IMG/VR virus record: IMGVR_UViG_3300007960_000014
Location: 20,207 to 84,206 of that record
DNA length: 64,000 nt
Origin: a virus
Direction: 5' to 3' (one strand)
Notes under the pieces: model-generated
The model's database searches: none
Told to the model about the DNA's origin: nothing
What the model saw: only the letters and a program-made list of their open reading frames with translations
Shown: positions 30,301-39,355 of the stretch, one piece after another
How positions within the stretch are numbered: the first letter of the stretch is position 1
Layout: each line of letters begins with the position of its first letter
Program-made: the position numbers and the translations under genes

Positions 30301-32770
30301 TGGTGTTAGGACCGAGATTTTCACCGAGGGTTAACGACGCACTAGCATAAAGCCCAACATCTCCGGAAGCTCCAGCGCCGTCGCCTGCCGACACGAAAGA
30401 CTTTATTGAGTTTGGCGCATCGTCAGTCTTGAACTCACTTTGAAAGGAGCCATATCTTCTAACTGCTTCATAGATAGCAACGCCTTTTCTTTGTTCTTCA
30501 CTTAGAGTAGGGTACTCTTCAGCGGTTGGGAAATCTGTGTTTATGTCTATTGGGTCATAGACTATGTAATTCCCATCAGGGTCCTGTTCATTCCATCTAC
30601 ATGTACCACCCCTAAGAGCTGGTTCATCTAAGAGGTTTCTCCCGGAGGTTCCCGGAAGGTATCTATTTTCTATAGTTGTTGTTGGGGGAAGCGGATTGTT
30701 TACGAGTTTAGCTAATCCCCCCGTGCCGTGAGTTCCCACCCAAGAAGACACGATATTGTTTTGCATGGCGACAGTATTAGTTTCTTGTAGCTGTCCTTTT
30801 ATAACCATACACATGCCAGCGTCTGTGTTTTGTTCTTCTGGCGTATACCCGTCACCGCTAAGGTCGACTCCCCCGTAAATTCTACTAAGAGTGTGTAGTG
30901 GAGTGTACTCTCTTAGAACATCAGAGATTCCTCTAATATCAAACGCAGTTAATTTATCAGTGCCGTTAAGAGAAGCTTCGGGCAGAACTAAGTATAAGTT
31001 AGAAGACTTAGAGCTCCAATAATCTAGAACTGAAATCTCTTGATTTGTTCCACCATCTACAACCGCAGAAAAGTTAGGAGCAATTGAGTTACCGGATGTG
31101 AAGAACTTAAGACCATTGTTGTCCCCAAAGAAGAAGTCTGCAGTGGATTCAGTCCCTAGCGTAGTGGAGCTGAGGATATAGTTTTCTAGTGCATCTACAA
31201 ACGAAGAAGGAACTCTAAATCCAAAACTAGCATTTTCTTGGCAATCTCCTTCTAGAGCTTTCCTTAGGTACACAAGAACTTCATTAGTTATTCGCGTGTT
31301 CTTGTAAAACGTATCATACTCAAATGGAGGTACAGCTAGTGTATATCCTTGTCTAGCTTCAAATCCAACACCCTTTGAAATATCTGCTAAAGATTTATGA
31401 TTAAATCTCATAAACCCTGTGTTCTTTTCGATGAATTCTAAGATAGCATCTACAGAGAACCTAATGTTTTTGTCATGGTCATAGGGGTCGATATTAATCG
31501 TAAGACCAGATACATTATTTACTTGGGTTTGTAGGTAAGTTGATAGAGACGAAAAATCAACGCAAGTGGGAGATTCCGTCTTAAGAGTATAATAAATTAG
31601 ATTGGGCAGGTACGACTCCCAACACTCTCTTATATCTGACGAAGCATCAAACGTACTAAGCTCTTTTGGGAATACAATCTTTATGGCATCTACTAAAGCC
31701 TGTCTTGTTCCTTTTGCTTTGTAAGTGTAAACCGCTCTACGCAGCTGTCCTCTCCACATAGAAACATCATCGCCTAAGAATCTCCATCCAATAACCGAAG
31801 CTAAGTGGTCTAAGAATTGAGGAGGACAGTTTTCAATATCAAACAAGTCCTGCATAGATTCAACAATCATGTCCAGGTCGTAAAAAGCCCACGAAGCAGC
31901 TTTCATAAACTTGGTAAAAGGACCAGAAGAATCGAACTTAGAATAAATCAAAGAAGACCCTTCAAGAGCTTCTAGAGAGTTACGAATAAACGGAGAGTCC
32001 TGGTCTTCCTTGTTTAGCCATACAGATAGTAAAGTTTGTAGTCTTTCTAATTGTTGGATGCCCGAAGCAAAGGTAACCCCTGATATAGAGGAAGTAGGTT
32101 TGTCGAACTCTGGGGGAAGGTATCTTCCGAACTCGGGAACAGCATCTCTGTTTTTCCAAATGTATTCAAAAAGCACATTTGCGGCAGTCTCTTCGGTAAA
32201 CTCGCCACCATTAGAGTAGTAAGCGCTTGTTACATAGTCTGCTAATACTGCTGATAACTCCGTGGTCGCATTTGCGTTAGACGAAGTATTAAGCATGTAC
32301 AGCAAGCCCACCGTATCAACTAGCCCAGAGTGAACTTGGGCGGATACTGTGTAATCATTATTAGGGTTAGAAGACACCCCAGACACAAAGGTGTCTGAAA
32401 GATGGCTAAGAACCATATTAGGCTGAATTGTTCCCGAAAAATAATTCTTAAAATCATCTTGGTTTTTAAAAGAATTAAAAGATTTATTTAAAGGAGCTAA
32501 GATAGCATCAGTAAATGTATTTGCATCTACTCTTGTAAGTCTATTCTCAGGGACAAAGAAAGGTTTAATAGAACTTAAAGCATACCCAGAGACAGTAAAG
32601 AATGTATCGCACTCATTTGCAGCAAGTAAATACTTTCCTAATAATTTATAAGCTATCTCTTCAACTTTTGTTTCACCTTTTTCTTCTGAAATGTATACCT
32701 CTGGAAGAAGCTTGGTTATCTTCTCCACATAGTTGTACTTAAATACATCTTCATTACCGCGATAAGGCAT
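27344..32770 (-). CDS. Baseplate wedge protein (gp7 / P2 gpI-like) with large appended CBM-like domains
   Basis: LFDIENCPPQFLDHLASVIGW...WRGQLRRAVYTYKAKGT is the gpI/gp7-type motif. Follows gp6. Confidence 0.7.
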   Translation of the reverse strand: MPYRGNEDVFKYNYVEKITKLLPEVYISEEKGETKVEEIAYKLLGKYLLAANECDTFFTVSGYALSSIKPFFVPENRLTRVDANTFTDAILAPLNKSFNSFKNQDDFKNYFSGTIQPNMVLSHLSDTFVSGVSSNPNNDYTVSAQVHSGLVDTVGLLYMLNTSSNANATTELSAVLADYVTSAYYSNGGEFTEETAANVLFEYIWKNRDAVPEFGRYLPPEFDKPTSSISGVTFASGIQQLERLQTLLSVWLNKEDQDSPFIRNSLEALEGSSLIYSKFDSSGPFTKFMKAASWAFYDLDMIVESMQDLFDIENCPPQFLDHLASVIGWRFLGDDVSMWRGQLRRAVYTYKAKGTRQALVDAIKIVFPKELSTFDASSDIRECWESYLPNLIYYTLKTESPTCVDFSSLSTYLQTQVNNVSGLTINIDPYDHDKNIRFSVDAILEFIEKNTGFMRFNHKSLADISKGVGFEARQGYTLAVPPFEYDTFYKNTRITNEVLVYLRKALEGDCQENASFGFRVPSSFVDALENYILSSTTLGTESTADFFFGDNNGLKFFTSGNSIAPNFSAVVDGGTNQEISVLDYWSSKSSNLYLVLPEASLNGTDKLTAFDIRGISDVLREYTPLHTLSRIYGGVDLSGDGYTPEEQNTDAGMCMVIKGQLQETNTVAMQNNIVSSWVGTHGTGGLAKLVNNPLPPTTTIENRYLPGTSGRNLLDEPALRGGTCRWNEQDPDGNYIVYDPIDINTDFPTAEEYPTLSEEQRKGVAIYEAVRRYGSFQSEFKTDDAPNSIKSFVSAGDGAGASGDVGLYASASLTLGENLGPNTRGNVIFMDPSRFTPGQRYRISFWYRAATGDKRDKSISFNIQQAEPFDSEDIETVNLVANNDSTLASGTAWHYKEQDFEYPSDGGSIGVSSTSSLNPSALVGPSVWFGAFAYRRAGGYTTAHSETSVLGIANVKVAPVFWEPAAGLERNSIRRRSYRYLLSGSNYNREGRSAPISNAFATSGRLDLIPTETGYLPQYLPKGFNFSGQNFISPAINAMSGIYDASNTAFIDENVIRGNAPDANILGVPVNLSFPYRAIEELLDCSSSNEKRRQFTKSPKQIFIDYALRRGKDDYSFLDFSEHNMIYSEFGSGFHQLWLDYKDPSKFNLNLSGGGHDALAFAFGPLVFNNDFNTRGPAASATNLPGQDYEFSGLRAYRDGDRTALSSLQFANIAGSDGIVGESFEDPNGRLIAATLRGLIFSQGFGSYKSVFDTYEFGKETNIWANQSILSGIELVCKEGTNNLAVFNYKDFTDGCNPYLTSTALDKSITVFGGKEDVTDKSNALRVRFPLSKNFNLLANGDFKLEPTSARTLESSSLSAVSNWELLDPLRTPRFRSGALPSNYGWVTPSSVNFADYSGVPGTYEDVLVFFSKDNPPTLVGGNEKSMIATVNEGRQEEAVNSPLTLIPGENYKIELTASSLAATAGFGFVLGNVTKNVFYKPSDGTWGTETAFYRLAPAAGEITNKSYTVSKEFNVPVSANIDGNVSQNITFSPTDRWKLWIAPYSSANTGSYTLDMLFKATISKQQSNTLYPNRKYRAEVYVDYHDPEGLTDYLGIRLVTTPNPLVNGSAMKSFAYDWNGVGARWQLNSPGDLSKNMNISMQELPPFIDVLSGSVPQTKKIEFEFTTDNHRGPIDPETRQLMSISRGPEYGNIHTSDTSYTLEFIPLMPERQVISDANRPYIRLRNLNIVDVEYNESVKNLTTTEAKNFLEYFNTLRLTTATRDLAKGEELGLGTKGGARSEYLEPWGGPLESTIDYQVSGWTPYSI

Positions 32771-34413
32771 TATACAAACTCAAAGTTAAGTTCAAAGTTG
32801 TTTAACTGTATGATTTCATTAAAGTTTACGAAAATATCTTCGTCATAATTCGTCACTTTAAAAAATCTAACGTCCGGATTATTCATCACAAAGTTAGCCA
32901 GCTCTGGGAATCTTAAAGGTTTACCAAAATCCATGCTGTCATAGGACAGATATTCTGTTATACTTCTACTCACACCCGCCTTTACATTTTCTTGGAGCGC
33001 TAACTTATTTCTATCTACAAAGACTGTTGCTACTAAATCAACAGTTCTCACTAGACCATCTACAATCGTCAACTCATCAGTAAGCATCTTATAGCTGTTA
33101 AGATGATTTAGTAAGTCTGATTTAAACGGCAAGGATGCTCTCTGCAGTTGGGTGTCTGTAGCTTTAGCTAAAACATAAATATCAATCATGTTTCCACCTG
33201 CTCCAGACTGACGAGCAACAGCTAGAGCTTTGCCCGTTTGACCTGTAGTTCCAGCATAGCTATTTGCAATAGCTGTATAGTCTTCTCCAGTAACAGCTCT
33301 ATACTGAGTTCTGAAGAAGTATGGTGCATATTTCTTTGCGTGAGCAACAGTTTCGGCATTTGCTCCACCAGCAGCCACTGTTGTATTTGTAATTGTACAC
33401 TCTACAGGCGAACTTCCATTTTTCAATCCATTAACCTGAGTTCTTATAGCTCCTTCTACAATATCTCCACGGTTACCTCCACCAACTCTATAAACTACAG
33501 TGTAGTCCTGACCGTTCTGAGGGCTCTTACCTCTGATGTCGTCACCAAACAGTAGGCTGCAAGAATAATCGTCGTTGTAAATTTTCTCAAAGACCGCGTC
33601 AGTGCTGCCTGAAGCTAGACTAAGGCTTTGGATTTCAGAATATACTTCATCTCCAGACGAGACAAAAATACTTCCTTCGATAATCGAAGGGTCAGGAACT
33701 CTAATTCTCTTGGAAGACTGCGCGGTAGAGAAGGTTCCTTGCAGAGTTTTGTAAGTACCCTCCAATAACACAAGACCCGTGAAGTTAGAGCCCTCACCAT
33801 AGCTGTTATAATCCAGAAGAAGGTCTCCCGTTTGGGCGGTAGTTGCTTCATCAATAAGTCCCGTAGCTTTGTTTATTTTATAAAGAGTATAGGTTAGTTG
33901 GGTGTTGTCTCGTTGTGAAGTGGTCGTTACTGTTCTTTGATTACTAGGTATAGTTAATGTATCACCCCCGGCAAAAGATACGCTACTCTCTGGAGTTAGA
34001 AGAGCCGTAGCTTTACTGGCTATCGGACCTTTCATTTTTACTCCAATTAGTTCTAAAACTTTTCTTAAGTTTTCTGGAGTCTTAACAGTGCTTAAATAAG
34101 ACTCATTAGCCAAGAAGTCTGCTTTTAAAGAAAGCACTGAAGCTAGGTAGGCAAACAATTCAATAAAAACAACACCTAGGTCTGATTGTACGAAGTTATT
34201 GTAATCATCAGGATATACAGCCTTAACATAATCCATCAAGGCTTCTTTGAATTCATCAAAGTCCGCAACCGAATAATCAATCAGTTGAGATTTGGCTAGC
34301 TCTTGGATTTTACCAAGTCTCATAAAATCTGACTGCACAGTGCCATCAAAAGCCGAAGCGTTATACCTGATAGGGTCGGCAGCAGCGGGAGGAATATAAT
34401 TTAAATTTGCCAT
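32770..34413 (-). CDS. gp6: Baseplate wedge subunit, gp6 / baseplate J-like
   Basis: DFDEFKEAL, YPDDYNNF..SDLG..IELFAY, ANESYL, FGDD..GKSP, YRVGGG and QYRAVTGEDY. Confidence 0.9.
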   Translation of the reverse strand: MANLNYIPPAAADPIRYNASAFDGTVQSDFMRLGKIQELAKSQLIDYSVADFDEFKEALMDYVKAVYPDDYNNFVQSDLGVVFIELFAYLASVLSLKADFLANESYLSTVKTPENLRKVLELIGVKMKGPIASKATALLTPESSVSFAGGDTLTIPSNQRTVTTTSQRDNTQLTYTLYKINKATGLIDEATTAQTGDLLLDYNSYGEGSNFTGLVLLEGTYKTLQGTFSTAQSSKRIRVPDPSIIEGSIFVSSGDEVYSEIQSLSLASGSTDAVFEKIYNDDYSCSLLFGDDIRGKSPQNGQDYTVVYRVGGGNRGDIVEGAIRTQVNGLKNGSSPVECTITNTTVAAGGANAETVAHAKKYAPYFFRTQYRAVTGEDYTAIANSYAGTTGQTGKALAVARQSGAGGNMIDIYVLAKATDTQLQRASLPFKSDLLNHLNSYKMLTDELTIVDGLVRTVDLVATVFVDRNKLALQENVKAGVSRSITEYLSYDSMDFGKPLRFPELANFVMNNPDVRFFKVTNYDEDIFVNFNEIIQLNNFELNFEFV

Positions 34414-34847
34414 TATCTTATTACTACGTCAATAACTTCTTCCTCATAGGGCGTTGCAGTGAAGCCCACATTTAAGGCTACGTAAATGCTGTTGGGGTCA
34501 GACTCAGGACCTTGAACAACTTTTAAATCTTTTACAAAAACTCTAGGTTCGTATACTTGGATAACATTTCTAATATCTCTGTTTAGCTCTTCAAGAAGCG
34601 ACCCCGTTAAGGGTTCGAACAATGCTGCTTTTAGATTAGTGCCGTAGTCTGGATACATAACCCGTTCCCCTTTTTGAGTAAGGAGAAGCTGTCTTAAGTT
34701 TTGGTAGACTACTTCCTTATCAAAGCTTTTGGGGAAAAAACCTCCATCCGCAGGAGCCGTGGGCAATGGAAACCTAAGACCGACAATCCTATCTCTTCTT
34801 GAGGTAGTAATGTAGTCTAGGTTATTTGCGAATAGAGTATCAGTCAT
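34413..34847 (-). CDS. gp25: Baseplate wedge / sheath initiator
   Basis: NLRQLLLTQKGERVMYPDYGTNL..LFEP and YEPRV. Confidence 0.92.
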   Translation of the reverse strand: MTDTLFANNLDYITTSRRDRIVGLRFPLPTAPADGGFFPKSFDKEVVYQNLRQLLLTQKGERVMYPDYGTNLKAALFEPLTGSLLEELNRDIRNVIQVYEPRVFVKDLKVVQGPESDPNSIYVALNVGFTATPYEEEVIDVVIR

Positions 34848-34848
34848 T

Positions 34849-37800
34849 TTATGTTATATTAATATTTTTGAAATATCCTTTTTGTGCGTCAAAGTTTTTC
34901 TCAACTTCATTTGTATTTAGGGGTCTTGTGTAAAGCTTAAAACTTCCAACATATCCGTCCAACCCACTTCGAGGAATATTCCTATTTACGCCAGAGTACG
35001 TACACCCTCCAAGACCGGGAGTATGCTGTCCTGTAATTCCACCGCTGGAAACTTCAGCTACCTTGGTAAAATATGTATCATTTGTATTGCTTCCCAAGAA
35101 TCCAAATGGAGTGGTATTAAACCCAACCTCCTCTTGGACTTCATACGAACGTGGGCATGTGTCGGTAAACCCTCCACCAATAATCCAAGGAGTTTGCATC
35201 GGTAACTCAGGAGCTATAACTGAACCCTCATGCAAACTTTCCGTGTAATTATCTGCTTTTGAGACGCTGGTTCTAACACCTAGGCTATTTTCATACCCGA
35301 AATTCTTTTCTACAAAGCTAGGTACATTTAAGGGCTGCGCGGCGTCTAAGTAGAATGCATCAGATATAGAAGACGATATAAGTTTCTTACCATCCAGGTA
35401 AAGAGAAATTTCGTTTCCTTTATAATTTACTGATACATGGGTGTGCATGAAGGTATCCTGCACACTGCTGATAGAGACTCCCGACAGCGCTCCTGCTTCT
35501 GTAAACACGTCAACAGGAACTTTAAACCCTAACTCTGTGTACGTAGAGTTTGGGTCATAAGGGTTACTAGGAATGCCTGCAATGGCTACGCTGTGCCCAA
35601 ACTTTCCATCTGGTTTATTTTGGGATACGGTCGGGAGAACAACAAACTCAAGTTGATTGATGTTACTGTTCGTTGAAGCCATGCCATCAGTGGCATTATT
35701 TTTCTTATCTCTCCAACCCATAATCAAACCGTGAACTTTAGACGGGTCTCTTTCCTTAGAGACTCTACCATCAGGCAAAATTGTGTTTGGGTTTTCAGTT
35801 ACAGCACCAGCGCTTCCTAAGCCCAGAGCTTGACCTGAGTTTTCACAGCCAAAAATAACACGGTACCTATGCCAGCTTCTCAAAGAACTCCATACCTCTG
35901 GGATGTGAGCCCAGAAATCCACTGAGAATCCTGCATCAGAGTATGTTAGTCCGTCAAGACTTTCCGTAAACGGAGTTAGCTCACCCTTACTAATATTATT
36001 TTTTAGCCTGACGTAACTTCCGTTCGGCACATTAGAGTACCAGGGTTCTGGAGAGAACTGTCCTTCTGCATCATACAAAACGCCTCGCAAATAAGGAATT
36101 GATAATCCTGAAGGGAATACGTCCGTGGCAGTTTTACCAACCAGTTTTCCGTTTAGGTGAGTGTATGATGAAGCTTTATTATCTAACTTATAATCTAAGG
36201 AAGACGGAGCCTCGACATCACCTTTCAAGAAGTTGTAACATACAATCAGGGAATCCGTCTCGATACCGTCATCAAGAGATTTTATAAAAGGCTTAACACT
36301 AGAAACAGATGCGTAGTCTGCAGGGCTGGTTTCTATGTGGGGGAAATCTGTGTTGCCTTCTGGTGATACATTTAAATCTCTTAGGAATACCGTGTTTTGG
36401 TTTGCCGCTTTTATAAACTTAGGAGCAATAGGTAGAATAATCCCTGAAACATCCGCAGACTGTAGGAGAGCTTCTTGTTGGAATTGTAAATCAGGGACAA
36501 GACCGCTCCCTTTTAAATAACCAAAATCGTTCAAAGGGATTCTGTCTAATATTTTATGAACTGTAACTCCCCGTTCCTGGGTTTCGGTATTAAAGTATAC
36601 TATGTTGTCTGGAGATATGGTATATCCCGGAGGGAAGTTTTCTATATCATACCTAGCACCAGACGAATCTAAGATATACCCTCCGCCTAAAGGAAAAGTT
36701 TTTTCCGTGATGGTGTAAGTTCCATACAAGCCAGCAACTTGAAGCTGCTTTCTTCTTTTTCTAATTTTATCGTCGTAGCTATATGCGATAGCCGCAATAC
36801 TTCTATAGTAGTTTTGTACTATAGCCGATGACCTAGTGTACCCTGAAGCAACAAGTTCTGATATTTGACCGGAGACTTCATTAGTTTGAATTGCCTTGTC
36901 TGAGATAAACGACTGTAGGATGTCGTCATTCTTATACAAGAATTCAACAACGTCATTAGTCTCTGTGTATTCGTCACTGAATACGGTATTTGAGTAGTCT
37001 TTTAACCTATCTTCATGCAGCAAAACACCTTTACCACCTTTGTTCGGGTTGTACTTTAACTGCCAGTTGCTCGCTAGGATTTCTTGGGCAACTACATTAG
37101 GCACTCCTCCTCCACGAGAATCGTAGTATAGACCATCGCGGGATAAAATAAACTTTCCTGAGGTGGAAATTGGAGGACCAAAGATAATATCGAAAGGATT
37201 TTCTTCTTCTTCCGTCTCCTCTTGTACAGCCTTGAACTGTGCTTGGTATGCTGCTATGCCTGCCGCGTTTTGTTCGTAAGGCTTTACAATATTGTTTAGT
37301 GCGAACTCTTTGTATCTTTCTATTCTTGCTAGGTCTCCTGGCTCTAAAGAATCAACATACTCCGAAAGGTCTGGGTTAGACCAATCAATCTTGGGCTCGG
37401 TAAGGGTTCCGTCAGCTCTGCCTTGCAGGGTTTCACTAACTTTTTGAGAATCAGCTAACAGCTTAATAATTAATGCCATTACAGCAGCGCGAAGAGCGGT
37501 AAGAATAGCTAACTTAATCGCTGCGATAAGAATCATCGCTAGGCTGCTGAACGGATTCGAAATCCCAAAAGCGTTTAATTCAAGTCCTAATGTTGGAATA
37601 CTACCAATACAAGCTACGTCAATCGTATCGATTTGAAATGGGTTCCCTATAGATGTAAGATTTTCTAAAGAGGTAATGGCTTCACCCAATGCGTCGTCGG
37701 GTTCGTTTTGAATCGCCTCTAACTCTGCAATCTGAGCATCAAGACTAAGTAACTCCGCTTGAAGACCGCTTAGTTTTTCGCTGATAGCATTATTAATAAG

Positions 37801-37911
37801 GGTAAGAATCTGAGACGAAAGCAAGCTCAATACACAAGTGCTTATCTCTTGACCTATATCAAGAGCTGCAGTTTCAGCTGTTCCCTGAAAAATATCTTCG
37901 TACGAAACCAT
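34849..37911 (-). CDS. Baseplate-associated structural protein with a C-terminal LamG / concanavalin A-like domain
   Basis: FSVDFWAH, HTHVSV...ISLYLDGK, WIIGG and GYVGSFKLYTRPLN.EV..NF. Helical, hydrophobic N-terminus. Confidence 0.6.
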   Translation of the reverse strand: MVSYEDIFQGTAETAALDIGQEISTCVLSLLSSQILTLINNAISEKLSGLQAELLSLDAQIAELEAIQNEPDDALGEAITSLENLTSIGNPFQIDTIDVACIGSIPTLGLELNAFGISNPFSSLAMILIAAIKLAILTALRAAVMALIIKLLADSQKVSETLQGRADGTLTEPKIDWSNPDLSEYVDSLEPGDLARIERYKEFALNNIVKPYEQNAAGIAAYQAQFKAVQEETEEEENPFDIIFGPPISTSGKFILSRDGLYYDSRGGGVPNVVAQEILASNWQLKYNPNKGGKGVLLHEDRLKDYSNTVFSDEYTETNDVVEFLYKNDDILQSFISDKAIQTNEVSGQISELVASGYTRSSAIVQNYYRSIAAIAYSYDDKIRKRRKQLQVAGLYGTYTITEKTFPLGGGYILDSSGARYDIENFPPGYTISPDNIVYFNTETQERGVTVHKILDRIPLNDFGYLKGSGLVPDLQFQQEALLQSADVSGIILPIAPKFIKAANQNTVFLRDLNVSPEGNTDFPHIETSPADYASVSSVKPFIKSLDDGIETDSLIVCYNFLKGDVEAPSSLDYKLDNKASSYTHLNGKLVGKTATDVFPSGLSIPYLRGVLYDAEGQFSPEPWYSNVPNGSYVRLKNNISKGELTPFTESLDGLTYSDAGFSVDFWAHIPEVWSSLRSWHRYRVIFGCENSGQALGLGSAGAVTENPNTILPDGRVSKERDPSKVHGLIMGWRDKKNNATDGMASTNSNINQLEFVVLPTVSQNKPDGKFGHSVAIAGIPSNPYDPNSTYTELGFKVPVDVFTEAGALSGVSISSVQDTFMHTHVSVNYKGNEISLYLDGKKLISSSISDAFYLDAAQPLNVPSFVEKNFGYENSLGVRTSVSKADNYTESLHEGSVIAPELPMQTPWIIGGGFTDTCPRSYEVQEEVGFNTTPFGFLGSNTNDTYFTKVAEVSSGGITGQHTPGLGGCTYSGVNRNIPRSGLDGYVGSFKLYTRPLNTNEVEKNFDAQKGYFKNINIT

Positions 37912-37912
37912 A

Positions 37913-37922
37913 AGTTATTTAG
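37913..37922 (-). promoter_or_regulatory. Late promoter motif CTAAATAACT, nearly leaderless
   Basis: Only 1 nt separates the motif from ATG 37911. Confidence 0.55.
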
Positions 37923-37924
37923 AG

Positions 37925-39355
37925 CTATCCTAAGACTAATATGGGTTTCCCATCAACGCTAATTGTTGGGCATGTATGAATGTCTACACCAAGAATACTT
38001 CTTAGTCCTAAAGATACCGTTGGGTGACCTACAAAATTAACAACGGTTCCTGAATCAACAGTAACAACACCAGTAAATGTGCTTGCTCCAGTAAAAGATT
38101 GCAACCCATTAAACTCAGTATCTCCATTAAAAGTAGTTTGCCCTGTTATAGCCGCAGTAGAAGCCATGCTAACTGCTCCTCCTATATTAACGATGCCTTC
38201 TAAATTTATTACCGGAGAAGTTACGGAATATTCTGTAGTTGCGGAATGGCTTTGAGTAAGGAAAGTTGAGGTAAACTCGCCTAACAAGGATTGTATTTGA
38301 ACTCCTAAGGGAGTAAATGTTTGAAACGTTAACGCTCCTTCCGTCAAAGGCTTGGAGTTTATTGGATTGACCAAAACGCCGCAACCTAAAAATAAGGACG
38401 GGTCGGTAGGAACTAGTTGTGCGCTACCCGGAGTTGAGACAACTTCCGCTGTATCCGCTACGATTCCTGCGCCCACTGGAGCTGTGGGGTTTGTTGTCGC
38501 AAGAAAATCAAAACCCGCCTGCCCAAAGGTGCTAACTGTGCCTCTACTTGATTCAATATTTATTGAGCCCGCCTGAGTTCTATTGTTTACGTTTACGGTA
38601 CCGCCGCTGTTTTTTATATTTTTTATTCCAATATCAATCAAACCTCCTTCCGTAGTAAGCTCCGCTTTATTCTTTGCGTGAACTTCGACTGAATCGGTAA
38701 ACTCGTCAATCTGAACTCGATTGTTGTTTCTATCCGAAAGAAGGATTCTGCTTTTGCTGGGCTCTACCTTATCTTTCTCCCCGGTTATTTTGTTTGGGAG
38801 TTTTCTTGGATTAGGACCTGAAGGAAATCCAGGAGGGTTTTCCTCCATTAAAAGTTTTTTACCAGAAGCTGTTTTTAATTCTACGTAATCACCTCCAGCC
38901 TCTGAGCCTTTTGAACTCATTCTCAGCCTTGCTCCTTTCTTATCTCTTAATTGGACTACTGCGGGGACACCATGTTCTTTGGTGTATGCGTCAGGGGGAA
39001 CTTGTCCAAAAACATTAAGCGCTCTACCTTGAGTATTTGCATCTTGCCCTTCAATAACTTCAGGGTATTTTGCTACGTCTGTAGTGGAGTGAGGAGTCGT
39101 TTCTTTATCTAATCCCAGAATAGAGGGTTGTGCTACCTGATTTATCCAATAATACGACTTTTGGTTCTTTTTTATATAAGCACAAACAACCATTACATAC
39201 TCCCCTTTGCCCGGAATGGCGAACATGTTTGGCGGTCCTGCGTAGTAGACAGGCTCGTCGGGACTTATAAGAGGATTCTCTACAAAAATCTTCCCGTCAG
39301 GCGCATCTGATGTTACCTGTGTTACTTTTGCTACGAGAAGAGGAATGTTTTCCAT
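37925..39355 (-). CDS. Central spike protein, gp5/VgrG/gpV-like, with no lysozyme domain seen
   Basis: OB-fold-like N-terminus (AKVTQV...FAIPGKGEYVMV), ELKTASGKKLLM, and C-terminal 6-residue beta repeats. Follows the hub gene. Confidence 0.6.
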   Translation of the reverse strand: MENIPLLVAKVTQVTSDAPDGKIFVENPLISPDEPVYYAGPPNMFAIPGKGEYVMVVCAYIKKNQKSYYWINQVAQPSILGLDKETTPHSTTDVAKYPEVIEGQDANTQGRALNVFGQVPPDAYTKEHGVPAVVQLRDKKGARLRMSSKGSEAGGDYVELKTASGKKLLMEENPPGFPSGPNPRKLPNKITGEKDKVEPSKSRILLSDRNNNRVQIDEFTDSVEVHAKNKAELTTEGGLIDIGIKNIKNSGGTVNVNNRTQAGSINIESSRGTVSTFGQAGFDFLATTNPTAPVGAGIVADTAEVVSTPGSAQLVPTDPSLFLGCGVLVNPINSKPLTEGALTFQTFTPLGVQIQSLLGEFTSTFLTQSHSATTEYSVTSPVINLEGIVNIGGAVSMASTAAITGQTTFNGDTEFNGLQSFTGASTFTGVVTVDSGTVVNFVGHPTVSLGLRSILGVDIHTCPTISVDGKPILVLG

